Numbered from the stretch's first letter, positions 20,521 through 30,789 are shown. The stretch is 64,000 nucleotides of DNA from an uncultured Bacteroidota bacterium (GCA_903824785.1 CAIJYD010000111.1:71059-135058); one strand, 5' to 3'. Notes: generated by a model from the letters alone, not told the origin. Numbers and translations are program-made.

Positions 20521-21846
20521 TTACATTCCTTTTCGCATCTCATGAACGGCTTCGATAATATTATCTGCCATATATTCAAGTTGCTGTTCAGTTAAAGGAT
20601 ACAACGGAAAATGGGTAAACTTATGAAGAAATGCTTCTTCTGCATTTGGGCAGCTTTTTTGCATAGCAGCCGTGTCGTGACCCAGTTGTTTCAGGTATGA
20701 GAAGCGGTAAAGGGGAGCAAAATGAGGGATATTTATTATACCCCGGTCATTCATTTTAGTCTTGAAATCCTGGATATCACCATTGAGTCTTTTATGATCG
20801 AGTTGAAAAAGATATAAATGATAGGCGCTTTTAATATCTTTTGTGTCAAGCGGACATGGTAGAATCTCTTCTATACCGGCAAATCTGCTGTTCAGGTATT
20901 CAGCATTTAATTTCCTGGTCTTGATTATTTCCGGCAATCTCTTAAACTGGTTAAGGAGAACAACAGCCTGTATTTCGGTTGAAGAATGGTTTCCTGCCAT
21001 TGAAAAATGGTCTCCCTTTCCTTTAAGAGCAACTACGTCATAGAGCCATTTGTCGATAGGATTGGCAATATCAAATCCTCCAAAACGGGCTTTAGGAAAA
21101 TCATTCCCGTAATCTGAATTGGTAACTACAATTCCTCCTTCACCGCATGAGGTAATGTTCTTTACTTCGTGAAAACTGAAGGAACCGAAATCGCCAATTG
21201 TTCCTACTGCCTTCCCTTTGTAGAAGCTACCGAATGCATGAGCACCGTCCTCAATGACAGCAATATCATTCTCTTTTGCTATTTTCATTATAGCCTCCAT
21301 GTCGCAAGGATATCCGCCGATATGAACCGGCATAATGGCTTTAGTCCGTTTTGTAATCTTTTTTGCAATATCTTCCGGACTGATATTCAGAGTTTTCGGA
21401 TCAACATCTGCCAGAACAACTTTTGCTCCGATCTGCAAAGGATAAGTAATGGTTGAGAGGAAAGTAATTGCAGGGGCTATAACCTCATCTCCCGGCGTCA
21501 GGCCAGCAAACTTAAGTCCCATCTCAAATCCGGCAGTTGCATTGGTGACAAAACTGGCATGCTTTACATCGAGTAATTCCCTGGTGGCATCTTCCAGTTT
21601 TTTCACATTTGATCCTAACGACAGTTTTGTTGCGAAATGTCCTTTTTCAAGAAGTTTTTCAAGCTCCAGAGAAACCTGTGATAATTGCTTTTTGTAAGCG
21701 GCATCATCTTTCCCTTCAGGGATAAGTAATTCAATTATTGAAGTTATATCTTCAATATTCATGGTTTCGCCGACTGCAGCCCATGGCACTTTAGCTTCGC
21801 CTGTATCATAACGAAAATCTGATTTGGCTTTTTCTGGTTTCTTCAT
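20521..21846 (-). CDS. DegT/DnrJ/EryC1/StrS family aminotransferase (no signal peptide, cytoplasmic)
   Basis: Type-I fold PLP enzyme. AIMPVHIGGYPCDM, VIEDGAHAFGS and FSFHEVKNITSCGEGG (putative PLP lysine) are present. Confidence 0.85.
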   Translation of the reverse strand: MKKPEKAKSDFRYDTGEAKVPWAAVGETMNIEDITSIIELLIPEGKDDAAYKKQLSQVSLELEKLLEKGHFATKLSLGSNVKKLEDATRELLDVKHASFVTNATAGFEMGLKFAGLTPGDEVIAPAITFLSTITYPLQIGAKVVLADVDPKTLNISPEDIAKKITKRTKAIMPVHIGGYPCDMEAIMKIAKENDIAVIEDGAHAFGSFYKGKAVGTIGDFGSFSFHEVKNITSCGEGGIVVTNSDYGNDFPKARFGGFDIANPIDKWLYDVVALKGKGDHFSMAGNHSSTEIQAVVLLNQFKRLPEIIKTRKLNAEYLNSRFAGIEEILPCPLDTKDIKSAYHLYLFQLDHKRLNGDIQDFKTKMNDRGIINIPHFAPLYRFSYLKQLGHDTAAMQKSCPNAEEAFLHKFTHFPLYPLTEQQLEYMADNIIEAVHEMRKGM

Positions 21847-21933
21847 GGTTAAATCTATTTTAGAATATTAATACTAACTTACAGCATTATCCTTATTACC
21901 AATGCGTTACAACACATCAGAGGATCTCTTCCG

Positions 21934-23994
21934 TTATTTTGAATTTAAAAAGATATCTTCAAATTTTAAGGTGGAATTGTTAATATTATTAAGGTCGTTA
22001 AAATCAACGATTTTTGTATAAATATTTCTCCAGAGAAGGTACTCCGAATCAAATTTTCCGGTCATTGTTCCCAATCGGTATGGCCTGTTCTCCGAGAGCC
22101 AGGCCTTACTGTATTCACCCTTTATTTCAGTACACCAATCCATCATATCAACTGTAAGTCCGTGAGTTGTATAGTTAATATCATAAAACCGGTGGTTATC
22201 TTTTTTCCCATCTGCATTCAGGCTATAGATCCAGTTCCAGCGGTCGACTATGGTTTTTGCCCAGATAAACCTGGTTGCGGCATAATGTGACATCCGGCTA
22301 TTGACGAGCATAGACTCAATAAATGCCGTATCTCTGGTCTGATGGCTGCGAGCTTCAATAAAATATTCAAGGGCAGCTTCAGCCGCTATCCGTGAACTTT
22401 TAAAGTCGGCAAAGTGGTCATTGGTAATTTTCAGGGCTTCCGGAGAAAAAGGATCTTTAAACATTTTATTCAGAGTATGTCTACCGAGGCATTTTGCAAG
22501 AAAAGATTCTGACTCCTCCAGTTTTTTAAAACCATTGGCCATCTGTCCGGAAATTTCCGGGTACATTATCTTACAGTAATTTCCGACAAAACTATTTCTG
22601 TCGAGAGGTTCCTTTTGCCAGGCGCCAACCGATCCGTAAGCCATAAACAACCATGTGTTTCTTAACAACGGCTGTACAGCATCGGTCCATACAGAGGTTA
22701 TATACCCGATAGCCTTTTCGTTCTGACAGGTTTTCAGACAGATGTCAATGTTATCAAATGTATAATTGGCTGCAGTATAAACATTTCCCCAATTATCTAC
22801 CGCCGATTGTACGAAAAATGGCAATTTCTCTTTTTTTATTGGTTTTAACCATCTGGTAATGGATGCGGGGTTATCTGAATAATCCCATATCACAGGGATC
22901 AGCTCCTTTGGAAACTCTGAAATAATATCGGGGTAGTTATTTGAAATATCAGTCCATACCATAACTGTTTTTCCATAACCCTGGAGTGCTTTTGTAACGA
23001 AGTTGAGTTGTTTCAGATAAAGTTCTTTTGGTTTAATTGAAGGGTCCTCTATTTTAACTCTTTCTGTCTCCCAGGTTTCATCGAAGCCAACATGGATAAA
23101 AGGGCTGGGGAATATTTCAACGTACTGTTTAATCCAGTCGTTAAGAAACATTTGTACCCCGGGGTTTGCAGGATTCAGATCATGGCCATATTTCCCGATA
23201 CCCAGACCCGCGTATTTCTCCATCCTGATCATTTCATGAAGATGTCCATAAAAATTTACAAACGGAATAACGTCCATATGTCTTTCACGGCCATAGGCAA
23301 CAATCCGTTTAATCTCTTCCTGCGAATAACAGGCATTATAGTTGATGAGCGAATATCCTTTCATTTCAATGCTCACTTCATTATAGAAATAGTATTGATT
23401 CATTTTCCATTGTGCCAGAAAATCAATCTGATTTTTTATCTCTTTTTCAGTAAGCAATCCTCCGTGAGAGAAGTCCATCATAACGCCACGGTAAGCGAGG
23501 GATGGAAAATCTTCTATATTAACCTGAGGAATATAACTGCCTGTGCCTTCCTTAACAATCAGCTGTTGTAATGTTTGCAGAGCGTAAAACAGAGCTGCGT
23601 CGGATTTTGCATTTACTATAACTTTGCCGGCAGTAACAGTAATACGGTAACTTTCGCGTGACAGATTGCCTGGTTTTTCATTTAAAACCGGCAGGGCCGG
23701 ACCGGCCTGTTCAGAGTTCAGAACTATTACGCGGGAATCAGGAACGCCAGTACTAGTGGTCAGAAGAGACAATCCTGTACGTTGCTTCACAAAATCGATG
23801 AACTGAGCAATTGAGGTTTGTTCTCTTGATAATAATTCAGGAGAGACTACCACTTTAGCCCCTGAAATCTGGAATTTATCTTTGCCCCATTCTATGTTCT
23901 GAGGAACAGGCAACAGATTAACAACCTGTGCATTAAGGTTTTTCCCGATGAAGAGAATAACCAGAACGGATAAGATTATGATTTGTCTCTTCAT
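21934..23994 (-). CDS. Glycoside hydrolase family 20 beta-N-acetylhexosaminidase, secreted
   Basis: Signal peptide. YRGVMMDFSHGG and the catalytic-pair context IHVGFDETWE (H-x-G-x-D-E). Confidence 0.8.
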   Translation of the reverse strand: MKRQIIILSVLVILFIGKNLNAQVVNLLPVPQNIEWGKDKFQISGAKVVVSPELLSREQTSIAQFIDFVKQRTGLSLLTTSTGVPDSRVIVLNSEQAGPALPVLNEKPGNLSRESYRITVTAGKVIVNAKSDAALFYALQTLQQLIVKEGTGSYIPQVNIEDFPSLAYRGVMMDFSHGGLLTEKEIKNQIDFLAQWKMNQYYFYNEVSIEMKGYSLINYNACYSQEEIKRIVAYGRERHMDVIPFVNFYGHLHEMIRMEKYAGLGIGKYGHDLNPANPGVQMFLNDWIKQYVEIFPSPFIHVGFDETWETERVKIEDPSIKPKELYLKQLNFVTKALQGYGKTVMVWTDISNNYPDIISEFPKELIPVIWDYSDNPASITRWLKPIKKEKLPFFVQSAVDNWGNVYTAANYTFDNIDICLKTCQNEKAIGYITSVWTDAVQPLLRNTWLFMAYGSVGAWQKEPLDRNSFVGNYCKIMYPEISGQMANGFKKLEESESFLAKCLGRHTLNKMFKDPFSPEALKITNDHFADFKSSRIAAEAALEYFIEARSHQTRDTAFIESMLVNSRMSHYAATRFIWAKTIVDRWNWIYSLNADGKKDNHRFYDINYTTHGLTVDMMDWCTEIKGEYSKAWLSENRPYRLGTMTGKFDSEYLLWRNIYTKIVDFNDLNNINNSTLKFEDIFLNSK

Positions 23995-24032
23995 TGATAA
24001 AATATTTTAAACCAGAATAAGGTTGGTAAATA

Positions 24033-25364
24033 TTAATTTTTCTTAAATGTCCATCTTGTAACCCGATAACCATAATAAGCGTAATAGACCAGATAGAGGT
24101 AGCAAGGGAAGAGCACCATATAGGCAATACGCGGGTTATAATGATCAGCAAAATATCCGTAAAATATTGGAAGGATTGCGCTTCCGCAAAGCCCCATAAT
24201 AAGTATCGATCCCCCCATTTTAGTAAAGCGGCCGAGTCCGTTCAGTGCCAGAGGCCATAAAGTTGACCACATCAAAGAATTGGAGAGCCCCAACAGGACA
24301 AGGAACCAGATTGAAAGGTCACCGGTAATACCAAGAAATGTTACCTTTCCGTGCACCAGGAAGAATAAGATTGTCGACACAATAGCCGAGGTGGTACAGA
24401 TCCGCAACACATTAAGATGGTTTATGTATTTTGGAATAAGGACAATACCCATAAGAAAACCTGACATGGTTATCGCGAGAATATAAGATGGTAATACTTT
24501 TGCCTCAAGCAATGGCAGACCCAGCGACTGAGCATAACCAATAATGGTGTTAATTCCGATAACCTGAGAACCCACATGGAGGAAGATTGCCACAGCACCA
24601 AGAATCAGATATGGGAAATGAAGAATACTTGTTTTGCCTGAATTAATACTGGCCTCAGCAGAACTTTCATTGTCGGTATTAATTTCAGGCAGAACTGAAT
24701 ACCTGATCAATAATCCAAGTCCGAAAAGAACTACTGCCATACCTGCATAGGGGATGATTACTCTTCTGATCAACTCATCCAGCACAGCATTTCTTGTGGC
24801 GTCATCCATAAGCGGAATCTGCTTAAACAACTCCGTGTCGGATGGTCTGAGTATCGCTGCAGCCAATAATAACGGCGCAATTACCCCTGCTGTTTTATTG
24901 CAGACGCCCATAATACTCATTCTTTGAGCTGCTCTTGCCTTTGAACCAATCTTAGTAATATAGGTATTGCCGGCAGGTTGAAGTATAGCCAGTCCTGTAC
25001 CGATAGAAAAAAGTCCCAGCAAGAATAATCCATAGGTTCTGGTTAAGGCTGCCGGAATAAATATCAGAGCACCAAGAGCCATAATCCAGAGACCTATCAT
25101 TATTCCCTTTTTGAATCCGACCTTCCCGAGCAGGTGTGCTGCCGGTATGGCCATAACCAGATAAGCAATGTAAAAAGCAAAAGCCACCAGTAAAGACTGG
25201 ATATTATTTAATTCGCATGCTATTTTAAAATAAGGTATTAAGATCGCATTTATCCACGTAGTAAAGCCAAAAATAAAGAACATCAATGCTACTATTATCA
25301 TTGATTTCACAATGTTTCGCGTTGATAAAGAACTGACATCTACTATTTCGATTTCCTTTTGCAT
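24033..25364 (-). CDS. Sugar MFS transporter (FucP/GluP/NagP-like)
   Basis: 443 aa, 12 TM, with an N-terminal region typical of the glucose/galactose/GlcNAc MFS subfamily. Confidence 0.8.
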   Translation of the reverse strand: MQKEIEIVDVSSLSTRNIVKSMIIVALMFFIFGFTTWINAILIPYFKIACELNNIQSLLVAFAFYIAYLVMAIPAAHLLGKVGFKKGIMIGLWIMALGALIFIPAALTRTYGLFLLGLFSIGTGLAILQPAGNTYITKIGSKARAAQRMSIMGVCNKTAGVIAPLLLAAAILRPSDTELFKQIPLMDDATRNAVLDELIRRVIIPYAGMAVVLFGLGLLIRYSVLPEINTDNESSAEASINSGKTSILHFPYLILGAVAIFLHVGSQVIGINTIIGYAQSLGLPLLEAKVLPSYILAITMSGFLMGIVLIPKYINHLNVLRICTTSAIVSTILFFLVHGKVTFLGITGDLSIWFLVLLGLSNSLMWSTLWPLALNGLGRFTKMGGSILIMGLCGSAILPIFYGYFADHYNPRIAYMVLFPCYLYLVYYAYYGYRVTRWTFKKN

Positions 25365-25408
25365 AATCTGGATTTACTATATTCGTATAAGAAGTATTAT
25401 CTATATAA

Positions 25409-26752
25409 TTATATTTTGGGTTCCCAGCCAGGCTGATATTCACGTCGCCATAGTTTCTCGGAAACAGGATCATTTTTAATATGGCCTGTTGAAGCATCCA
25501 GATTAAGAGTATTACCTGAACGAAGGGCAATATTTCCTAACTGAACGAGAAGTGTGCTTTTATGACCACTCAGAATATCTGCATTAAGTTTTGCACCATT
25601 ACTTATCCCATCCAGGAAGTTACGGATATGAACACTATCGAGACCACCTGAAGGGTTGCTCAGATTACTGGCGTCTATTGACGTTTTACTGTTAACTTCC
25701 TTAATAAGTTTACCTTTCAGGTCAAAGACAGAATAGGAATCACCTCCATCCATTTTCATGGAACCTTCATCCCCGCTGAATATAACGCCGACGCCACTGC
25801 CTTCTATTGGCCTGCCATTACAACTGAGACCTTCCCATGTCATGCTGGTATTATTATTAAATTCCATTGTAATAACCTGTGTATCTGGTGTTTCCCAATC
25901 ATCAGTATAACGATACCGACCACCTGAAGAACAGACACGTACAGGATAATCGACACCTAAGCCCCAACGAGCCAGGTCAACAAAGTGGGTACCGTTATTC
26001 AGGGATTCACCTGTTCCCCAATTCCAGAACCAGTGCCAGTTATAATGTATAAGATTGTCTTTAAACGGTTTACGCGGAGCCGGGCCCTGCCATAGGTCAT
26101 AATTAAGCCATGAAGGCACAGCAACTTCCTTACCGCGTCCTATTGAGAGGCGGTTATTAGTGTACCATGTTTTCGCAAAATAGGGTCTGCCAATAATTCC
26201 GGCCTTTAGCTCGGTAATACCTGCAATAATATTAGGGAATGAGCGACGCTGATTTCCCATCTGAATAACATTCTTATATTTTGCAGCAGCAGCTACGAGC
26301 ATCTCTCCTTCGTTTGGATTATGGCTGCAGGGTTTTTCGAGATAGACATGCTTTCCGGCGGCTGAAGCAAGAATTGCAGCCGGAGCATGCCAATGATCAG
26401 GAGCCGCAATTACTATGGCATCCAGGTCCTTTTTTTCAAGAGCTTTTCTGAAATCTGGTATTGCTACCGGCCGGCTGTTCTGCACTTTTTCGATACTGTC
26501 TGAACATGCGGCTTCAGCATTAGAGTCAACATCGCAGACATAAATTATTTTTGCTTTTTCTTGTTTTGCAAAAGTATTTGCCAAAGCTTTTCCACGTGAA
26601 TTAACACCCATCATAGCAATATTAATCCTGTCATTAGCACCAAAAATGCCATTATAACTTTTTGCACTAAAACCAGGCAAAATGCCACCAAAGGAGACAG
26701 CTGCTGCTCCTGTCATGGCTTTTTTAATAAACGCCCTGCGATTATTTTCCAT
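25409..26752 (-). CDS. Tat-signal Gfo/Idh/MocA family oxidoreductase
   Basis: Twin-arginine motif NRRAFIK. INIAMMGVNSRG Rossmann motif. YLEKPCSHN (EKP motif). Confidence 0.85.
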   Translation of the reverse strand: MENNRRAFIKKAMTGAAAVSFGGILPGFSAKSYNGIFGANDRINIAMMGVNSRGKALANTFAKQEKAKIIYVCDVDSNAEAACSDSIEKVQNSRPVAIPDFRKALEKKDLDAIVIAAPDHWHAPAAILASAAGKHVYLEKPCSHNPNEGEMLVAAAAKYKNVIQMGNQRRSFPNIIAGITELKAGIIGRPYFAKTWYTNNRLSIGRGKEVAVPSWLNYDLWQGPAPRKPFKDNLIHYNWHWFWNWGTGESLNNGTHFVDLARWGLGVDYPVRVCSSGGRYRYTDDWETPDTQVITMEFNNNTSMTWEGLSCNGRPIEGSGVGVIFSGDEGSMKMDGGDSYSVFDLKGKLIKEVNSKTSIDASNLSNPSGGLDSVHIRNFLDGISNGAKLNADILSGHKSTLLVQLGNIALRSGNTLNLDASTGHIKNDPVSEKLWRREYQPGWEPKI

Positions 26753-26804
26753 AGTAATTATCTATTAATTAATCAGATATCAATTATTTTTTGTCCTGAA
26801 AACT

Positions 26805-27845
26805 TTAAAAACTTATTTTTTTTGCAATCCGGGTAGCTTTTTCCACTACCTTTTCTATTTCTACCGGGGCACCACCAGCAAGCTTGCTATCATCTGCTGC
26901 CTGCATAAAGGCAAAAATATCCAGTGTCTCTTCCCTGCTTACAGGAACCACTCCAGTATTAAAGAACTCTAAAATTTTATTGAGCAGAGGTACATATCCG
27001 TTAAAAGCCCCAAGAGCGAGGATCCCTTTCTCTCCGAATACATTTCCGCCATAACCGCTTTTTCCTGCACGGATTCCGCGGTATGAGCCAATACGGTTAT
27101 CCTGCCAGGTTCCAACAGCCAAATCTGTATCAGGTGTAGTTACCCTTGTAACGCTTTTACATCCGGTTCCCATGATAGTAAATAACATCTCGACGCCATG
27201 AATTCCGTACCAGAAAAAATCAGGGTGTGTTTTTTCGAGGCTGCATGGAGAAAAAGTATCAGCACCTAACACCTTACCTATCTGACCCTCAGAAATCTCT
27301 TTAGCTCCTGTAATATACCGAAGGGAAGAAGAGGAGAAGACAGGTACCTTGAAATGAGCTGAGGCATTGAATATTGCAATTGCATCGGATAATGAAGCAG
27401 CAACAGGTTTATCAATGAACATACGTTTGCCGGCTTTTAATACCGGAATGGCCTGCTCCAGATGAAGCCTTCCATCGTTGGTTTCCAATAAAACAAAATC
27501 AACTTTTGTAAGAAGTTCATCAATTGAATTGACAATCTCAACACCAAGTTTTTTAACATCCTCAATATAACCGGGGATCCTCTCAACACTTGATTTGATA
27601 TCATTACTACCCTTTGGATAGGCTGCTACAACTTTAAATCCACCATAATCTGCACCAGGCTCAGGGGCATTAAGAGCTTTTGTAAAAGCTATGCTGTGTG
27701 ATGTATCAAGTCCGATAATACCTATTTTCCCTCCACTCGCAAAGCTTCTGCCGTATAAGGAAGCTGCATTACCTGCCAGGCCAAGACCAATACCACCAAT
27801 TGCAGCTGTTTTTACAAAATCACGGCGATTGAATTCTTTTTTCAT
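26805..27845 (-). CDS. Tat-signal Gfo/Idh/MocA family oxidoreductase
   Basis: Twin-arginine motif NRRDFVK. GKIGIIGLDTSH Rossmann-like motif. MFIDKPVAAS (DKP variant of the EKP motif). Confidence 0.75.
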   Translation of the reverse strand: MKKEFNRRDFVKTAAIGGIGLGLAGNAASLYGRSFASGGKIGIIGLDTSHSIAFTKALNAPEPGADYGGFKVVAAYPKGSNDIKSSVERIPGYIEDVKKLGVEIVNSIDELLTKVDFVLLETNDGRLHLEQAIPVLKAGKRMFIDKPVAASLSDAIAIFNASAHFKVPVFSSSSLRYITGAKEISEGQIGKVLGADTFSPCSLEKTHPDFFWYGIHGVEMLFTIMGTGCKSVTRVTTPDTDLAVGTWQDNRIGSYRGIRAGKSGYGGNVFGEKGILALGAFNGYVPLLNKILEFFNTGVVPVSREETLDIFAFMQAADDSKLAGGAPVEIEKVVEKATRIAKKISF

Positions 27846-27907
27846 TTTTTATATTTTAATTTTTCTGATTATTATTTCAAAAAATAATTAACACAATTTA
27901 GTTTTTC

Positions 27908-29293
27908 TTACTTATTTAATTTCTTAACCTGCACCGGAATACTGATAAGGTCGGTACGTGTTTTTCCATTTTCGGTTATTCTGGCAAGAGTATATACGGT
28001 GCCATCATCCCCTATTGCAATTGAGTTGACATAATAGGGACGCTGACCATCGGGATAATAAACAGCACCATGATCGAGATATTTTCCTGTTGGAATATCA
28101 TAAGTTATCAAATGAAGATCTTCCATACCCTTTGCTTCGCCTTTTGCTGTTGAGGTGGCACCCATAACCCGTTTTCCGTCAACATATACGGGGCCTCCTG
28201 TGAGGTAATTGATTGTACGCCCGTCGGGGCCAAGTTTGAAACCGAGATACCCGTAGCTGAACTGGTCACCCATACCTGTAAGTTTTGATGGCACTGAAGT
28301 AAGCCTTTCAAGAACTTCAATCCGGGGTGCAACCGGATCGAACCGGAACAGATAGCCTGAGTTGCCATGAACACCATAGATCTTTTTCTCTGGTCCATAC
28401 CAGAAAGCCTGACGCCAGTTATAAGCCATACTTCCTGATGTGAAAATATCATAAGTCCCAAAGTAGTCCTTCTTCATATCCTCACCTTCAATAGTCTCCA
28501 CAACATCCGATCCAAGTTTCAGGCACTTGATCTGCCCCTCAGCATTGGTAAGATAAACGGAACCATCTTCAGAATTAATGGCAATAGAACGGCATACTAC
28601 GCGAAAGTCTTTATCCCAGCCATCTTCACCTTTGCCGGTGAAGGGACCAAGATCTTTCATCTCCTTTGTTGCAATATCAAACCTGAAGAGTATACCTGTT
28701 GGCCATGAGAGCCCATAGATAAGACCCCGCTGAGTATCCATGTTCATTGTTATGATACCTTCCTTATTCGGACCGATTCCCAGATCTTCAAATTTCTTTG
28801 TTTTCATGTCGTAGGAAATCAAATGGCCGCCACGGTAAGCTTTGTAGTCACCGGTAGGAAGGCCTGTTTTTTCCATACCTTTAATGATGCTGTAGTAACC
28901 AAGGTGTGTAGCGAAATAGAGTTTGCCGTTTGATTCGACAAAGTTCACATGGCTTTTCCCCTGTGCAACCACTTTCATACCTTTCTCACCGCATATCTCG
29001 GAAAGATCAGCTAAAAATTCAGTTTTTTTGGTTGCCGGGTCGAAAACGAACATCTGACCGGCAACATCCATCAACTGAGAGCAGAGAACATAATAGATCT
29101 TACCATCGCTTGCAGAAGAAATGCCATTATAAGTGTCGTGGGCATGTTCAAAGCCTGAATTATATACCGTGGCAATTAAACTGTCTCCGGGAGTGGATTC
29201 CTCAGGAGCTTCAGCCACCGGTTGAGCCTGTTTGCAACCTGAAATAATCAGTATTGCAAACAGGAGTGTCAACAAAAGTCGGTTTATTCTCAT
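27908..29293 (-). CDS. Lipoprotein, predicted beta-propeller, function unknown
   Basis: Lipobox LIISGC. Recurrent beta-rich repeats of about 45 aa (..G.IY...S.....F.FD..TKK...LG..). Confidence 0.6.
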   Translation of the reverse strand: MRINRLLLTLLFAILIISGCKQAQPVAEAPEESTPGDSLIATVYNSGFEHAHDTYNGISSASDGKIYYVLCSQLMDVAGQMFVFDPATKKTEFLADLSEICGEKGMKVVAQGKSHVNFVESNGKLYFATHLGYYSIIKGMEKTGLPTGDYKAYRGGHLISYDMKTKKFEDLGIGPNKEGIITMNMDTQRGLIYGLSWPTGILFRFDIATKEMKDLGPFTGKGEDGWDKDFRVVCRSIAINSEDGSVYLTNAEGQIKCLKLGSDVVETIEGEDMKKDYFGTYDIFTSGSMAYNWRQAFWYGPEKKIYGVHGNSGYLFRFDPVAPRIEVLERLTSVPSKLTGMGDQFSYGYLGFKLGPDGRTINYLTGGPVYVDGKRVMGATSTAKGEAKGMEDLHLITYDIPTGKYLDHGAVYYPDGQRPYYVNSIAIGDDGTVYTLARITENGKTRTDLISIPVQVKKLNK

Positions 29294-29333
29294 TGATTAA
29301 ATATTAAACAATTTTTCAGGGTTACATTAACTA

Positions 29334-30704
29334 TTATATTGAATTCAGTTTATCTCTGTTTTCGTAAACTTTTAAAACAGCATTAATCACATCATCCATG
29401 TCAGCGAGTGTTCCGAGCAGAGGACCTGAAGCCCATAGCATTACCATATCCTGACAAACCTGGTCACATTTTGGAAGAAGCAGTTCATCCTGGAATTTTT
29501 TCAGCCTTGCAGCACCAAACATTGTTTTATACTCAGGTAAAGTCTGAATATGGCTGGTCCAAGGCTCTTTATGCAATCCGTTTGAAATATAACCGCTTAA
29601 GCTGATACCTTCAGCAGCAACTGCTTTCAGGAATTTATCACGTGGTGCATTATTGAAATGCTCTTTTTTATACGACCATGTATAGAGGTAGAACGATCCT
29701 GCAGTTGTTCCTTCGTACAATTTCTGTGGTACAAGGCCGGGACAGCCTTTAAGTTTCTCAGTCAGGTATTTTGCATTTCTGTTACGAGTATTATGACGCT
29801 CTCTTACTCCTGGCATTTGACCAAGAAGTACTGCACCTTCAAATTCATTCATCCTGTACTTTGAACCGATAGTTTCTGTTTTGCCTCTTTTTGAAGTGCC
29901 ATGATTCTGAACAGTATAGCACTTATCCATTAACTCATCATTATTACTTATGAGTCCACCGCCCTCACCGCAGGAGAGAACTTTGCTTGTCTGGAAGCTA
30001 AAGCAGCCAACATCACCAATGGTTCCAATTGTTTTACCCTGATACTCAGCAAGAAATGCCTGGCAGGCATCTTCAATTACTTTCAGATTATTCTTCTTTG
30101 CAATTGCCATAATACGCTCCATATTACAAGGCTGACCCATAATATGAACAGGCATAATAGCTTTTGTTCTTTTTGTAATTTTCCGTTCCACATCGTCAGG
30201 ATCGAGCTGGAATGAATCGGGATCAAGATCAGCCATTACAGGAAGTGCGCGGCTAACCAGAATTGCCTGTATTGTTCCTGGATCTGTATAGGGAGAAGTG
30301 ATTATCTCGTCACCCGGGCCTATTCCAAGAGCTTCAACTGCAGTATTTAATGCCTGTGTGCCTGATCCAACGCATACACTCGACTTGGTTCCAAGTATTT
30401 TAGCAAATTCTTTCTCAAATGTTGATACGGTACCGGTTGCTGATTGAATCCTGCACCAGATACCACTTCTTGTTGTTTTAACAACTTCTTCAACTACTTT
30501 CTCATCAACATAAGGCCAATCAGGCCAGACTTTTGCAGGAGCAACAGGGGTTCCTCCCAGGATGGCAAGCTTTCCTGAATTATTGTTTATTGATGTAATA
30601 TTCCCAAAAGCCGGAATAGAGCTTGATACAGCAACAGCAGCAGTACCTGCAGATACTGTGGAAATGAATTTCCGTCTGGTAAAATCGTTCTTTTTCATCA
30701 TCAT
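29334..30704 (-). CDS. Tat-signal DegT/DnrJ/EryC1/StrS family aminotransferase (predicted periplasmic)
   Basis: Twin-arginine motif TRRKFIS followed by a hydrophobic h-region and AFG. DegT core AIMPVHIMGQPCNM, VIEDACQAF and FSFQTSKVLSCGEGG. Confidence 0.85.
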   Translation of the reverse strand: MMMKKNDFTRRKFISTVSAGTAAVAVSSSIPAFGNITSINNNSGKLAILGGTPVAPAKVWPDWPYVDEKVVEEVVKTTRSGIWCRIQSATGTVSTFEKEFAKILGTKSSVCVGSGTQALNTAVEALGIGPGDEIITSPYTDPGTIQAILVSRALPVMADLDPDSFQLDPDDVERKITKRTKAIMPVHIMGQPCNMERIMAIAKKNNLKVIEDACQAFLAEYQGKTIGTIGDVGCFSFQTSKVLSCGEGGGLISNNDELMDKCYTVQNHGTSKRGKTETIGSKYRMNEFEGAVLLGQMPGVRERHNTRNRNAKYLTEKLKGCPGLVPQKLYEGTTAGSFYLYTWSYKKEHFNNAPRDKFLKAVAAEGISLSGYISNGLHKEPWTSHIQTLPEYKTMFGAARLKKFQDELLLPKCDQVCQDMVMLWASGPLLGTLADMDDVINAVLKVYENRDKLNSI

Positions 30705-30789
30705 TAATTTTAATTTTAAATATTTAATACGGATAAAAATCAGTTAATGAACAAATGCGAAACATGATGGTATTCTCATTATAATTAAT

